Source: Faecousia sp.
GTDB taxonomy: Bacteria; Bacillota; Clostridia; Oscillospirales; Oscillospiraceae
Assembly: GCA_045644625.1 (NCBI GenBank)
Contig: JAZRHG010000052.1
Span: forward strand, 10,816-74,815
Direction: 5' to 3'
DNA: 64,000 nt
Shown here: piece after piece, positions 10,204-18,921 of the stretch
Position numbering within the stretch: position 1 is the stretch's first letter
Layout: each line of letters starts with the position of its first letter
The notes under the pieces: model-generated
The model's input: only the letters and a program-made list of their open reading frames with translations
What the model was told of the DNA's origin: nothing
The model's database searches: none
Made by a program: the position numbers and the translations under genes

Positions 10204-11304
10204 ATGGGAAAATATCAAAAAAACGGAAAAATTGATTTCTTAAAATTTGTGTTTGCGCTGGTCATTGTTTGCTTCCACGCCGGCACGCAGGTTTTGGATA
10301 TGAAGGCTCCCCCATTCCTCGGCGGTGCCTTTGCGGTGGAGTTCTTCTTCATCGTCTCCGGTTACCTGTTTATGGCAAGCATCGCCCGTATGCCCCAACG
10401 CACACTGCCTTTGGGTACAGAAACCGGAAACTTTATGCTGCGCAAATTCAAAGGCTTCTATCCCGAAGTGGCCATCACCTTCGTTATGGGTTTTGTGCTG
10501 GACGTGGTGATTGAGAACAGAGACATCATAAACTACATAGCAAGCGCCTTTCCCAACGCCGTCCTTCTGAATATGACCGGCATCAGCGTGGTAAATGTAA
10601 ACGCACAACTGTGGTATCTGTCCGCAATGCTGCTGTGTATGATGGTCCTGTATCCCCTTGTGCGGAAATATCCGGAAATGATGACCAACGTGGTGCTGCC
10701 TTTGACTGCACTTTTGATTTTTGGCAATTTCTGCGTAAACAAGACTTCTCCCAGAGGTCCCCGGGAATGGTGGATGGACTTTACTTACAAGGGCAATCTG
10801 CGTGCCTTTGCGGAATTGAGCATCGGTATTTGTCTGTACCCGATGGTGAACCGATTGAAAAATATTCGTTTTACAAAACTTGGCCGCATCCTGTTGACTG
10901 TGGTCGAATGGGCGTGCTACATAGCGGTACTGGAGTACATGCGGGTAGAAAAGGCCTCCCGCAAGGACTACTTCTATATTGCCGTGTACGCCGTAGCGAT
11001 TCTGCTTTCCTTCTGCCAGAAGGGCATTGACACAAACTGGTTCCAAAAGCCTGTTTTCTTCTTCCTGGGCAAGATAAGCTTCCCTCTGTTTTTGGCGCAC
11101 AATTGCTGGGCAAAGCATATGAACAACATTTTGCCCGCAGACTTCTCCAACAAGCAGCGTTTTGTCTGCTACATCGCCGTCTCTGTCGCTGCCACAGTGA
11201 TGATTATGGTGGTGTCTGCATTGCTGAGAAAGCTGGGCAAAGCGCTCAAAGAACCTGCGAAAAAGCTGCTTCTTGCAAAGCAAGAGGAGCCCGCAGAAAT
11301 CTGA
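10204..11304 (+). CDS. Acyltransferase-3 (OafA-like) membrane O-acyltransferase
   Basis: IDFLK...H, AVEFFFIVSGY, LWYLS, LGKISFPLFLAH motifs; about 10 TMs; AGGAG RBS. Confidence 0.88.
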   Translation: MGKYQKNGKIDFLKFVFALVIVCFHAGTQVLDMKAPPFLGGAFAVEFFFIVSGYLFMASIARMPQRTLPLGTETGNFMLRKFKGFYPEVAITFVMGFVLDVVIENRDIINYIASAFPNAVLLNMTGISVVNVNAQLWYLSAMLLCMMVLYPLVRKYPEMMTNVVLPLTALLIFGNFCVNKTSPRGPREWWMDFTYKGNLRAFAELSIGICLYPMVNRLKNIRFTKLGRILLTVVEWACYIAVLEYMRVEKASRKDYFYIAVYAVAILLSFCQKGIDTNWFQKPVFFFLGKISFPLFLAHNCWAKHMNNILPADFSNKQRFVCYIAVSVAATVMIMVVSALLRKLGKALKEPAKKLLLAKQEEPAEI

Positions 11305-11309
11305 AATAT

Positions 11310-11339
11310 AACAGCGAGGTGAATTTTCACCTCGCTGTT
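11310..11339 (+). terminator. Terminator hairpin
   Basis: AACAGCGAGGTGAA-TT-TTCACCTCGCTGTT. Confidence 0.75.
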
Positions 11340-11424
11340 TCTATGTGCGCAGGTCACCCCCTTTTTTGACATCGACACACCTTTTGTTTTCTTCGGCATA
11401 AGATGCTTTGGGAGGTGAGAATAT

Positions 11425-12030
11425 ATGGCACTATTTGACTGTAGCTGCAGAAGAGACTGCTCGCTTTTGGCAGCCATTGCCAGTGTGATTTTGGGTGTGG
11501 TTGCGGCATTTTTGCAAATCACCGCCGTCATTACCGTAACACGCATTCCTCTTTTTTACATAGGTATGCTTTTTGCAGATATGTGTGCAAAAAACAAGCG
11601 GATAACCCGTGAACACATCATTTGTATGGTATGCGCTTTTGCCTTAGGCGTCTGGCTGCTGCTGTTTTCTATATCTAAGGCAAAACAATATTTGTGGTTA
11701 TACGGGCTGTATTGGTATCCGTTTATTCTGATAACCCCTCCTCTATGCCTGGCTATTTCCGGCATCTGCATAATTTTGGAGAAAACAAAAATAACCAAGC
11801 CAATTGTATCTTTCTTGGGGTTGTGCGGCGATTATTCCTTTGAAATTTATCTTGTACACGTTCTGTTAAAATTATTAACCCCCGATTGTGTGAAGATGTT
11901 CTCTCTCCAAGACAAAAGATATCTGATCTGGTCTGTTGGAGGCGTACTTCTTTTTGTTGGTTGTTTTGCCCTCAGACGGGCAGCAAAAGGCGTCACCCAT
12001 CTTATCGACACATTAAAAGCAACCAAATAG
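11425..12030 (+). CDS. Chimeric ORF: N-terminus of the 15199-15609 protein family fused in frame to the C-terminal half of an acyltransferase-3 (possibly a pseudogene)
   Basis: 11425-11540 nearly identical to 15199-15314; 11528-~11980 nearly identical to 13314-~13766; junction TCATTACCGTAAC shared by all three. Confidence 0.8.
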   Translation: MALFDCSCRRDCSLLAAIASVILGVVAAFLQITAVITVTRIPLFYIGMLFADMCAKNKRITREHIICMVCAFALGVWLLLFSISKAKQYLWLYGLYWYPFILITPPLCLAISGICIILEKTKITKPIVSFLGLCGDYSFEIYLVHVLLKLLTPDCVKMFSLQDKRYLIWSVGGVLLFVGCFALRRAAKGVTHLIDTLKATK

Positions 12031-12053
12031 AACGTTCTTGGATCACAAAACGT

Positions 12054-12082
12054 AACAGCGGAGTGAAATTCACTCCGCTGTT
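12054..12082. terminator. Bidirectional terminator hairpin
   Basis: AACAGCGGAGTGAA-A-TTCACTCCGCTGTT between convergent genes. Confidence 0.75.
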
Positions 12083-12095
12083 GCTTTTAAATTTG

Positions 12096-12551
12096 CTATT
12101 CCGACCGATTTTCCTGGGGCTGGGCTTGGGAAGCTCCTTTCTGTTCCTTCCGCCTGCGGATATATTTTATCAGCCTGATAATGCCGTGATAGAGCATCCG
12201 CAGCACAATAAACACACAGAACATTGCCATAAAGCCCACAAGGCCGTACATAATGTCTGCAAATTCCATATGGCCGGAATCGGTAATTTTCTGTCCGATT
12301 TCGATGGCAAAGGTGATTACAACAATCACCGTAAACACATAAATCCAGGCGATGACCATTTCGTGATTTCTCTTGGCAAGTGCTTTAAACAGCGGATAGA
12401 TGGCAAACAACAAACCCATACCCAAAATACCGATAATTAAAAAATGCAAGTCCTTATCGGAAAAATTGGTCTCGAAGGCGTTATTCATCTGCATAATCTT
12501 ATCGTGCAGTTTCGCAACAACGCCAACGCAATCGTATAAAAGTTCTTTCAT
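12096..12551 (-). CDS. VanZ-like membrane protein
   Basis: DK.LHF, E.GQ and G.MEFADI motifs with three TM segments. Confidence 0.6.
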   Translation of the reverse strand: MKELLYDCVGVVAKLHDKIMQMNNAFETNFSDKDLHFLIIGILGMGLLFAIYPLFKALAKRNHEMVIAWIYVFTVIVVITFAIEIGQKITDSGHMEFADIMYGLVGFMAMFCVFIVLRMLYHGIIRLIKYIRRRKEQKGASQAQPQENRSE

Positions 12552-12741
12552 AAAATGTCCTTTCCAGCAGGGGCGGGTTAACGTACACCACTATTATAAC
12601 AGAAACGTCAAGCTTTTACGTCGCTTGCGCTATGCACCCAATACTCAAACCGGCACAGATGATACGCCCTGATTTCTTCTCAGGATCTGCTGTGTGATAT
12701 ATGCAAATGGCATTTTTTGTTGTTATTTGCACTTTGAAAGA

Positions 12742-12770
12742 TTGCTTTTTACAGTTTAAAATGATATAAT
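12742..12770 (+). promoter_or_regulatory. Sigma-A-type promoter with extended -10
   Basis: TTGCTT-17 bp-TATAAT with TG immediately upstream of the -10. Confidence 0.6.
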
Positions 12771-12808
12771 AGTAGCGCAGGAAACACACTGCACAAGGAG
12801 ATGAACAG

Positions 12809-13834
12809 ATGCATTTTAAGGATTTATTGCGCCACAGAAACGCGTGGCTCGGTTTTGCAATACTTTGGACTGTCGTGTATCATTTTCGCGGTTTTTTTGG
12901 AATTACAAGTACATTTATCGCTGTTGGATACGCCGGCGTTGACCTTTGCATTTTCGCATCAGGTTTAGGGTGCTTCTATTCGTTGTCCTCTGACCCGGAT
13001 GCTGCAAATTTTATGAAACGACGGCTAAAGCGGCTGGTCCCAACCTATTTTATTTTCATTGTAGTCTGGCTTATTTACCAATACATCAAAGGCAACTTTG
13101 GATTCCAAATGGCGATCGGCAACCTTTTGGCAATTCAAGATTTCACAGGATTGGGAAAATCGTTCAATTGGTATATCAGCGCAATATTCTTGCTGTATAT
13201 TTTGGCGCCGTATTTCAAAGCAGTGGTGGATCGCACAAATGCCATAGGAAAAATTCTCTTCCTTGTTTTCTTGCTTGTTTGCACCATACCTTTTTGGACT
13301 GCGAAAACATATATCATTACCGTAACACGCATTCCTCTTTTTTACATAGGTATGGTTTTTGCAGATATGTGTGCAAAAAACAAGCGGATAACCCGCGGGT
13401 ACATCATATATATGGTATGCGCTTTTGCCTTGGGCGTCTGGCTGCTGCTGTTTTCTATATCTAAGGCAAAACAATATTTGTGGTTATACGGACTGTATTG
13501 GTATCCGTTTATTCTGATAACCCCTCCTCTATGCCTGGCCATTTCCGGCATCTGCATGATTTTGGAGAAAACAAAAATAACCAAGCCAATTGTATCTTTC
13601 TTGGGGTTGTGCGGAGATTATTCCTTTGAGATTTATCTTGTGCACGTTCTGTTAAAATTATTAACCCCCGATTGTGTGAAGATGTTCTCTCTCCAAAACA
13701 AAAGATATCTGATCTGGTCTGTTGGAGGCGTACTTCTTTTTGTTGGTTGTTTTGCCCTCAGACGAGCTGCAAAGGGTATGACCCGTTGCATTGATAAAAT
13801 GAAAAGCGCAAAGCAGATTCATTCTGCGCCATAA
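12809..13834 (+). CDS. Acyltransferase-3 family protein
   Basis: R...GFAIL....H, GVDLCIFASG, RRLKRL.P.Y, WYIS, G.YSFEIYLVH. Confidence 0.88.
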   Translation: MHFKDLLRHRNAWLGFAILWTVVYHFRGFFGITSTFIAVGYAGVDLCIFASGLGCFYSLSSDPDAANFMKRRLKRLVPTYFIFIVVWLIYQYIKGNFGFQMAIGNLLAIQDFTGLGKSFNWYISAIFLLYILAPYFKAVVDRTNAIGKILFLVFLLVCTIPFWTAKTYIITVTRIPLFYIGMVFADMCAKNKRITRGYIIYMVCAFALGVWLLLFSISKAKQYLWLYGLYWYPFILITPPLCLAISGICMILEKTKITKPIVSFLGLCGDYSFEIYLVHVLLKLLTPDCVKMFSLQNKRYLIWSVGGVLLFVGCFALRRAAKGMTRCIDKMKSAKQIHSAP

Positions 13835-13840
13835 GCGATG

Positions 13841-13872
13841 AAAATGGTAGACACAAAAGTGTCTACCATTTT
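13841..13872. terminator. Bidirectional terminator
   Basis: AAAATGGTAGACAC-AAAA-GTGTCTACCATTTT between convergent acyltransferases. Confidence 0.75.
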
Positions 13873-13884
13873 ATTTTCTCAGCT

Positions 13885-14979
13885 TTATTTACTTGCAGAA
13901 AGCTCTTTGTGGGGCTTGTTGATTTTTCTGTCGATCCATTCACACAATTTGCCAATTCTAAATAGCTTGAAAATTTGTATTCTCAACAGTTCCACTATGG
14001 CACACACCAGGAATATTGCCAACGCAGTGAGCAGTACATACAAAACCATAATCATAACCGGTTTTTCAATAAAGCCCACAAAAGCATTTTTTAATACGGT
14101 ATTATAAACAAAAGGATGAACATGTATCAGATATACGCCTAAAGTGGTAGGTGAAAAGACGTTAATTACCTTCGCTACCCAGTCGCTGATTTTTATTCTC
14201 AAACAGAACAGGAATAAGAAAATAGCAGCAAAAACAATCGTGATAGATGTGTAGGATATCAACATATTCTCAACAAATATTTCGTTCCATCCGCCTGCGG
14301 GCAAACGGCGAATTACAAACTTGCATAGAACAGACAAAATAATCACGCCAAAGAAGCCCAGTATGCATTTTACTGCTGTTGTTTTCTGACTTATGTCATA
14401 TTTCTTTATATACGCGCCAAACAAATAAAGGATGGCCAGCCAAATCGTTGAGTAACCGTTCTTGAGGGTAAATCCGTCGTTGTGCTTAATGCAGCAAAAA
14501 CAGCAAATGCCAATCAGGATTGCAAGCAACGTTTTTCTGTAAGTTTGCTGAGAAATATGCTTGATTGCTGCATTCAGAAAGGGCATAAAAAAGAACAGTC
14601 CAAAATAGGATGAAGCGTACCACCACCGTCTTCTCAGTATCGGCAATACTGCATTTACGTAATTGGCAGTGGTTTTGGTTTCCGGCATAACGACAAAGAA
14701 CACCAGAGAAATCAATAATGAATAAAATAGAACCTGTAACCACAATCCAATAACATTCTTGAGTTTCACATCCCTGTCTGCCATAATATATCCACTGATT
14801 AAGGCAAAGCAATTCACTGCGCAGTAAGCAAGTGTTTCCAGAGACCAGGCCGCCCAAAAATGTGCTCCGTCCGGTGATGCACCCTTCAAAATTCCGCCTT
14901 GTCCCAGCACGTGCAACATAATCACAAAGAATGTTGCGATAATGCGGAATAAATCAACATTTGCGTTTCGTTTAGCCAT
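13885..14979 (-). CDS. Acyltransferase-3 family protein
   Basis: RNANVDLFR...H, AVNCFALISGY, WWY, GVYLIH. Confidence 0.88.
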   Translation of the reverse strand: MAKRNANVDLFRIIATFFVIMLHVLGQGGILKGASPDGAHFWAAWSLETLAYCAVNCFALISGYIMADRDVKLKNVIGLWLQVLFYSLLISLVFFVVMPETKTTANYVNAVLPILRRRWWYASSYFGLFFFMPFLNAAIKHISQQTYRKTLLAILIGICCFCCIKHNDGFTLKNGYSTIWLAILYLFGAYIKKYDISQKTTAVKCILGFFGVIILSVLCKFVIRRLPAGGWNEIFVENMLISYTSITIVFAAIFLFLFCLRIKISDWVAKVINVFSPTTLGVYLIHVHPFVYNTVLKNAFVGFIEKPVMIMVLYVLLTALAIFLVCAIVELLRIQIFKLFRIGKLCEWIDRKINKPHKELSASK

Positions 14980-15198
14980 ATAGACACCCACTCACTCGTT
15001 ATGTTTTTTACAAAGTATCACAAAAAATCACAGATGTCAATACTGTCGCATCTTCACCAAGAACAACCGCTCCCCAGTCCCTATCCCATTTTCTGCAAAC
15101 CAAAAGTCATAATCTCACACACCGTGATGCCCTTACAATTTCGGTTTCGACACACTTTTTGTTTGTAAGGCATAAGATGCGCTGGGAGGTGAAAGAAC

Positions 15199-15609
15199 AT
15201 GACACTTTTTGGCTGTAGCTGCAGAAGAGACTGCTCGCTTTTGGCAGTGATTGCCGGCATAATCCTGGGTGTGGTTGCGGCATTTTTGCAAATCACCGCT
15301 GTCATTACCGTAACGCCTGCGTTCCTTTGGGTTGCACTGGGTATCGCGGTGGTGTACCTTGGGGTTTTGCTGGTGACCACAGCCTTGACCCACAGAACGC
15401 CCTGTACGTCCTGCAAAAGAAGTACCCTGGGAACTGTTTTGGCAGGCATTTTAGGGACCATCCTCTTTGCGGTGGTACTGCTGGCAGTGGGCATCACAGC
15501 TACCAGCGTGGTCAGCGCAATCTTAGTAGGGCTATTGGTCGCCTTCTTGACGCTGACCTTTACTGGCTCTGCCTGCTTGGTCTTATGCCTGGCTGACTGC
15601 GAGAACTAA
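15199..15609 (+). CDS. Cys-rich small four-TM protein, possibly sporulation related
   Basis: GGGAGG RBS; CSCRRDC, CTSC and C-terminal CLVLCLADC; upstream CATAAGAT resembles a sigmaK/sigmaE -10. Confidence 0.7.
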   Translation: MTLFGCSCRRDCSLLAVIAGIILGVVAAFLQITAVITVTPAFLWVALGIAVVYLGVLLVTTALTHRTPCTSCKRSTLGTVLAGILGTILFAVVLLAVGITATSVVSAILVGLLVAFLTLTFTGSACLVLCLADCEN

Positions 15610-15630
15610 TCTATACACGAATATAAGCAT

Positions 15631-15651
15631 CCCCCCGGCTTAGCCGGGGGG
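15631..15651. terminator. GC-rich hairpin between convergent genes
   Basis: CCCCCCGGCT-T-AGCCGGGGGG. Confidence 0.6.
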
Positions 15652-15658
15652 GTAGAAA

Positions 15659-16711
15659 CTATGCTTTTATCATCTTCTTGAGCAGGGGAATTTTCGAAAT
15701 AATATAGGTTGCCAAGAAAGATACGCAAAGGGTTATTGAAAATTTTGCAGCAAGCTGCAAGATAGGATGGCAATCTAAAGTAACCTCTCTGTCATATACG
15801 GATAAAAATATACAGTGAATAATATAGACGCCAAAAGTGAGCTTTGAAAGCTGCGTCACCAGTTTCGCAGAACGATTGCCTAAGTTTATTTTCAAATTGC
15901 TTAGCGCTAAAAACACGCTGAAAGAGTATATATAATTAAAAAAGCCGAGGTCTGCATATGCCGTCTTGTAATCGCCGGTAAAACGCACATAAGTAAACAT
16001 ACAAGCAAGGGAAGCCAAGCCCAGAACATACACGAGATATCTCAGGAGCTTTTTCTTTAGGCCAATGTGCGTAATGTACCAGCCTGTCATAAAATAAGCT
16101 ATGTAGCCACTAAAAAATTCCAATTTAAGCTTTTTTAGCACGGCTGTTATTCTTGTCAAATCTGCCCCCAACTTATTTGCCATATTTATGGCGTAAGGCA
16201 GAAAGGTTCCCAGTAAGGAAAAGGCGATAAACAGCAATACCATTCTGGAATTTTCTCTTACGACAAACTTCTTCAGAAATGGCGTTATACAGTAAAGCCC
16301 TATAATCATATACAGATACCACATATGATAATGGCCCACACAGATTGCGTCAATAAGTTTTTTTGTGTTGATTGGCTTATTGTCCAAATGTGGAAAAAGC
16401 GCATAATGGATAACGGAATAAATCACCGCCCAAAGGACAGTAATGACAGCAAGGCTTATTACATTTTTCGTGAAAATCTTTTTAAGTGTGACTTCCTTGC
16501 GCTCATCCAGGAATAAAGAGCCCGAAATCATTAAGAACATAGGCACACCAAAGCGGGATATACTATTAAATATGTTTCCCACAAGATGTTCGGTGGTAAA
16601 CGGCTTGTGTTTTGACACAAAGGGCGCACTGCTATGGATCATAACAACCGCAATCACTGCGAGAATTCTTGCGATGTCCAATGTATAATTTCTTTTTTGT
16701 GTGATAATCAT
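15659..16711 (-). CDS. Acyltransferase-3 family protein (WecH-like)
   Basis: LDIAR.....V.IH, VPMFLMISG, YHMWYLY, TFGVYIIH. Confidence 0.88.
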   Translation of the reverse strand: MIITQKRNYTLDIARILAVIAVVMIHSSAPFVSKHKPFTTEHLVGNIFNSISRFGVPMFLMISGSLFLDERKEVTLKKIFTKNVISLAVITVLWAVIYSVIHYALFPHLDNKPINTKKLIDAICVGHYHMWYLYMIIGLYCITPFLKKFVVRENSRMVLLFIAFSLLGTFLPYAINMANKLGADLTRITAVLKKLKLEFFSGYIAYFMTGWYITHIGLKKKLLRYLVYVLGLASLACMFTYVRFTGDYKTAYADLGFFNYIYSFSVFLALSNLKINLGNRSAKLVTQLSKLTFGVYIIHCIFLSVYDREVTLDCHPILQLAAKFSITLCVSFLATYIISKIPLLKKMIKA

Positions 16712-16885
16712 AATATCGCCTCTGTTTATGTATCTATTAAATATATCATAACACAAATCCTATAAATGGCAATGACAAAATTGCAACATCTTATCAAAAG
16801 GAAGGATACCACCAGGCAGTTCAGCTGCTTTGGATTCTCGCCCGGATGGGATAAAAAAGAACAAAGCAAAAGCTTCGTTCTTTTT

Positions 16886-17017
16886 TGGTGCCGGTGGCCG
16901 GACTCGTTTGCATTTTTGCCGCAGGCAAAAATAGAGGTTTGGCGACCTCAAGCCGTCGCCAGCAACAGTCCACCGGACTGTTGCATTTAGATTATTCGAG
17001 GCCTATCCACAGCACCA
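16886..17017. repeat. tRNA-derived short element: 21-bp copy of the tRNA-Leu 3' end plus a degenerate inverted copy, enclosing hairpins
   Basis: TGGTGCCGGTGGCCGGACTCG at 16886-16906 equals 17051-17071; TTCGAGGCCTATCCACAGCACCA ending at 17017; internal GCAACAGTCC-ACC-GGACTGTTGC. Confidence 0.75.
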
Positions 17018-17051
17018 AAAAAAGAGGAGGCATAAAGCCTCCTCTTTTTTT
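17017..17051 (-). terminator. Terminator after tRNA-Leu
   Basis: AAAAAAAGAGGAGGC-ATAAA-GCCTCCTCTTTTTTT. Confidence 0.8.
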
Positions 17052-17137
17052 GGTGCCGGTGGCCGGACTCGAACCGGCACGATGTCGCCATCGGTGGATT
17101 TTGAGTCCACTACGTCTACCAATTCCATCACACCGGC
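17051..17137 (-). tRNA. tRNA-Leu: tRNA-Leu (anticodon CAA)
   Basis: GCCGGTG acceptor stem, GGAATTGGTAGAC D-arm, GTGGA-CTCAAAA-TCCAC anticodon arm, long variable arm, GGTTCGAGTCC T-loop, encoded CCA; 87 nt. Confidence 0.97.
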
Positions 17138-17149
17138 AGGCACTTTGAT

Positions 17150-17178
17150 AGTATACACTATTCTTTTTAAAATAGCAA
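17150..17178 (-). promoter_or_regulatory. Sigma-A promoter of tRNA-Leu
   Basis: TTGCTA-17 bp-TATACT on the minus strand just upstream of the tRNA. Confidence 0.65.
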
Positions 17179-17196
17179 GTGTATTTTTTGATTTTT

Positions 17197-17874
17197 TTAA
17201 TTTTCTACGTTCTCCAGTGCCACACGGGCGGCATCTTGCTCAGCCCGCTTTTTGCTACTGCCCTCACCGCGACCGATTTCTTCGCCGTTGAGAGAAACCG
17301 CCACCGTAAACCGCTTATCGTGGTCAGGACCGCTTTCACCCACAAGGGCATAGGAAAGCACCTGGTTTTTCTTTTTCTGCACCTGCTCCTGCAGGGTGGT
17401 TTTAAAATCAACATTGTGCAGTTGTGTTTGGGGTACATTGCAAAGCACAAACTTTTCGATAATCGTGTTTGCCGCCGCCATACCGCCATCTAAAAACGTT
17501 GCCGCGATGACAGATTCCACTGCATCGGCCAAAATGGAGGCTCTGCTTCTGCCGCCACATTGCTCCTCTCCGTGGCCCAGCAGCAGATACTGCCCCAGCT
17601 GCAAGCGGTTTGCAATATTCGCCAGCGCCTGCTCGCAGACCATATCCGCACGCATACGGGTCAGCTCGCCCTCGGGGCGGTCCGGGAAGGTTTGGTACAG
17701 ATACTCCGCCACCGCCATACCCAAAATCGAATCGCCTAAAAACTCCAGCCGTTCGTTGCTTTTCAGGCTGTCGTGCCAACGTTCATTGGCATAGGAGGAG
17801 TGGGTCAGGGCGTTTTGCAGCAGGGTAATATTCTGAAATTGGTAGCCCAACGCCACTTCCAAATCCTTAATCAT
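17197..17874 (-). CDS. rnc: Ribonuclease III
   Basis: NERLEFLGDS signature, C-terminal dsRBD (SKKRAEQ). Confidence 0.97.
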   Translation of the reverse strand: MIKDLEVALGYQFQNITLLQNALTHSSYANERWHDSLKSNERLEFLGDSILGMAVAEYLYQTFPDRPEGELTRMRADMVCEQALANIANRLQLGQYLLLGHGEEQCGGRSRASILADAVESVIAATFLDGGMAAANTIIEKFVLCNVPQTQLHNVDFKTTLQEQVQKKKNQVLSYALVGESGPDHDKRFTVAVSLNGEEIGRGEGSSKKRAEQDAARVALENVEN

Positions 17875-18907
17875 TTTCCGTCGCCTCCGTATTATTCAGC
17901 AGCTGCAAGGCTTGCTCCAAATCATCGGAAATATTACTCTCTGCCGCAGCCATTGCCTGACGCACAGCATTGCGGAAGGCTAAGGCATCGGAAGAACCGT
18001 GGGCTTTAATCACAGGCTTTTTAATGCCCAAAAATTCTGTGCCGCCGATTTCCCGATAATCCAGCATTTTCATAACCTCGTCCACACCGGGCTTGCAGAA
18101 CAAATAGCCGATTTTGGAGAAGATGTTGCGCTTAAAAATCTTATGCTTCATCATACTGCCCATAAACATAGCAGTACCCTCAATGGATTTGAGCAGCACA
18201 TTGCCGGCAAAGCCGTCGCATACCACCACATCCACCGCGCCCAAAGGCACATCGCGGGCTTCCACATTACCCACAAAGTTCAAAATCCCCTGTCCGGACG
18301 CCTGGGTCAGCAGCGCATAAGCTTCCTTCTGCAGGGGTGTACCCTTGCTGTCCTCTGTGCCGATATTGAGAAGTCCCACCTTGGGATTTTCCACACCTAA
18401 GTACTTTTTGGCATAGAGGCTTCCCACCAAACCGAACTGGAGCAAAAACTCTGCCGTACACTCGGCATTGGCGCCGCAGTCCAAAATAACCGTCTTGCCG
18501 CCTGCCTTATTAGGCATCACAGGACCCATTGCCGCGCGGCGAATACCCTTAACCCGCTTGACAAGCAAGGTAGCGCCGGAAAGCAACGCACCGGTACTGC
18601 CGGCAGACACAAAGGCATCTCCCTGTCCTTCGGCAACCATTTTCAGGCCCAAAACCATAGAGGAATTTTTCTTCTTGCGGATAACATTGGCAGGGTCATC
18701 GTGCATATCCACCACTTCATCGGCGTTGGCAATCTCCATGCCCTGGGGCAAATCTGTGATATTATGCTTGCGCATAACCTCTAAAATCTCGTCGCCTCTG
18801 CCCACCAAAGTGATTTGAGCGCCAAAATCCCGGGCTGCCTGCACCGCACCCAATACGGGCGCTTCCGGTGCGTGGTCGCCACCCATAGCATCCAATATAA
18901 TCTTCAT
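17867..18907 (-). CDS. plsX: Phosphate acyltransferase PlsX
   Basis: DAMGGD, SAGSTGA, LDCGAN, DGFAGN, IKAHGSS. Confidence 0.96.
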   Translation of the reverse strand: MKIILDAMGGDHAPEAPVLGAVQAARDFGAQITLVGRGDEILEVMRKHNITDLPQGMEIANADEVVDMHDDPANVIRKKKNSSMVLGLKMVAEGQGDAFVSAGSTGALLSGATLLVKRVKGIRRAAMGPVMPNKAGGKTVILDCGANAECTAEFLLQFGLVGSLYAKKYLGVENPKVGLLNIGTEDSKGTPLQKEAYALLTQASGQGILNFVGNVEARDVPLGAVDVVVCDGFAGNVLLKSIEGTAMFMGSMMKHKIFKRNIFSKIGYLFCKPGVDEVMKMLDYREIGGTEFLGIKKPVIKAHGSSDALAFRNAVRQAMAAAESNISDDLEQALQLLNNTEATEND

Positions 18908-18921
18908 AGAAAACACCTCTC

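Noticed and set aside
10240-11283. 347-aa antisense ORF; similar long shadow ORFs at 6646-7635, 41625-42623, 45555-46526, 47328-48203 and 49336-50205
   Set aside because: They lie opposite well-supported genes, have no recognisable motifs, and are explained by codon bias on the coding strand.
15631-15651. Hairpin resembling an IS200/IS605 end palindrome
   Set aside because: No tnpA/tnpB remnant nearby; its position between convergent stops fits a terminator.
16886-17071. attL/attR of a prophage or ICE at tRNA-Leu
   Set aside because: The repeats are only 165 bp apart and no integrase or phage genes are present; kept only as a miniature element.
17197-18907. No acpP gene between plsX and rnc
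   Set aside because: Gene-order variation of this kind is ordinary, and nothing in the sequence indicates a lesion.
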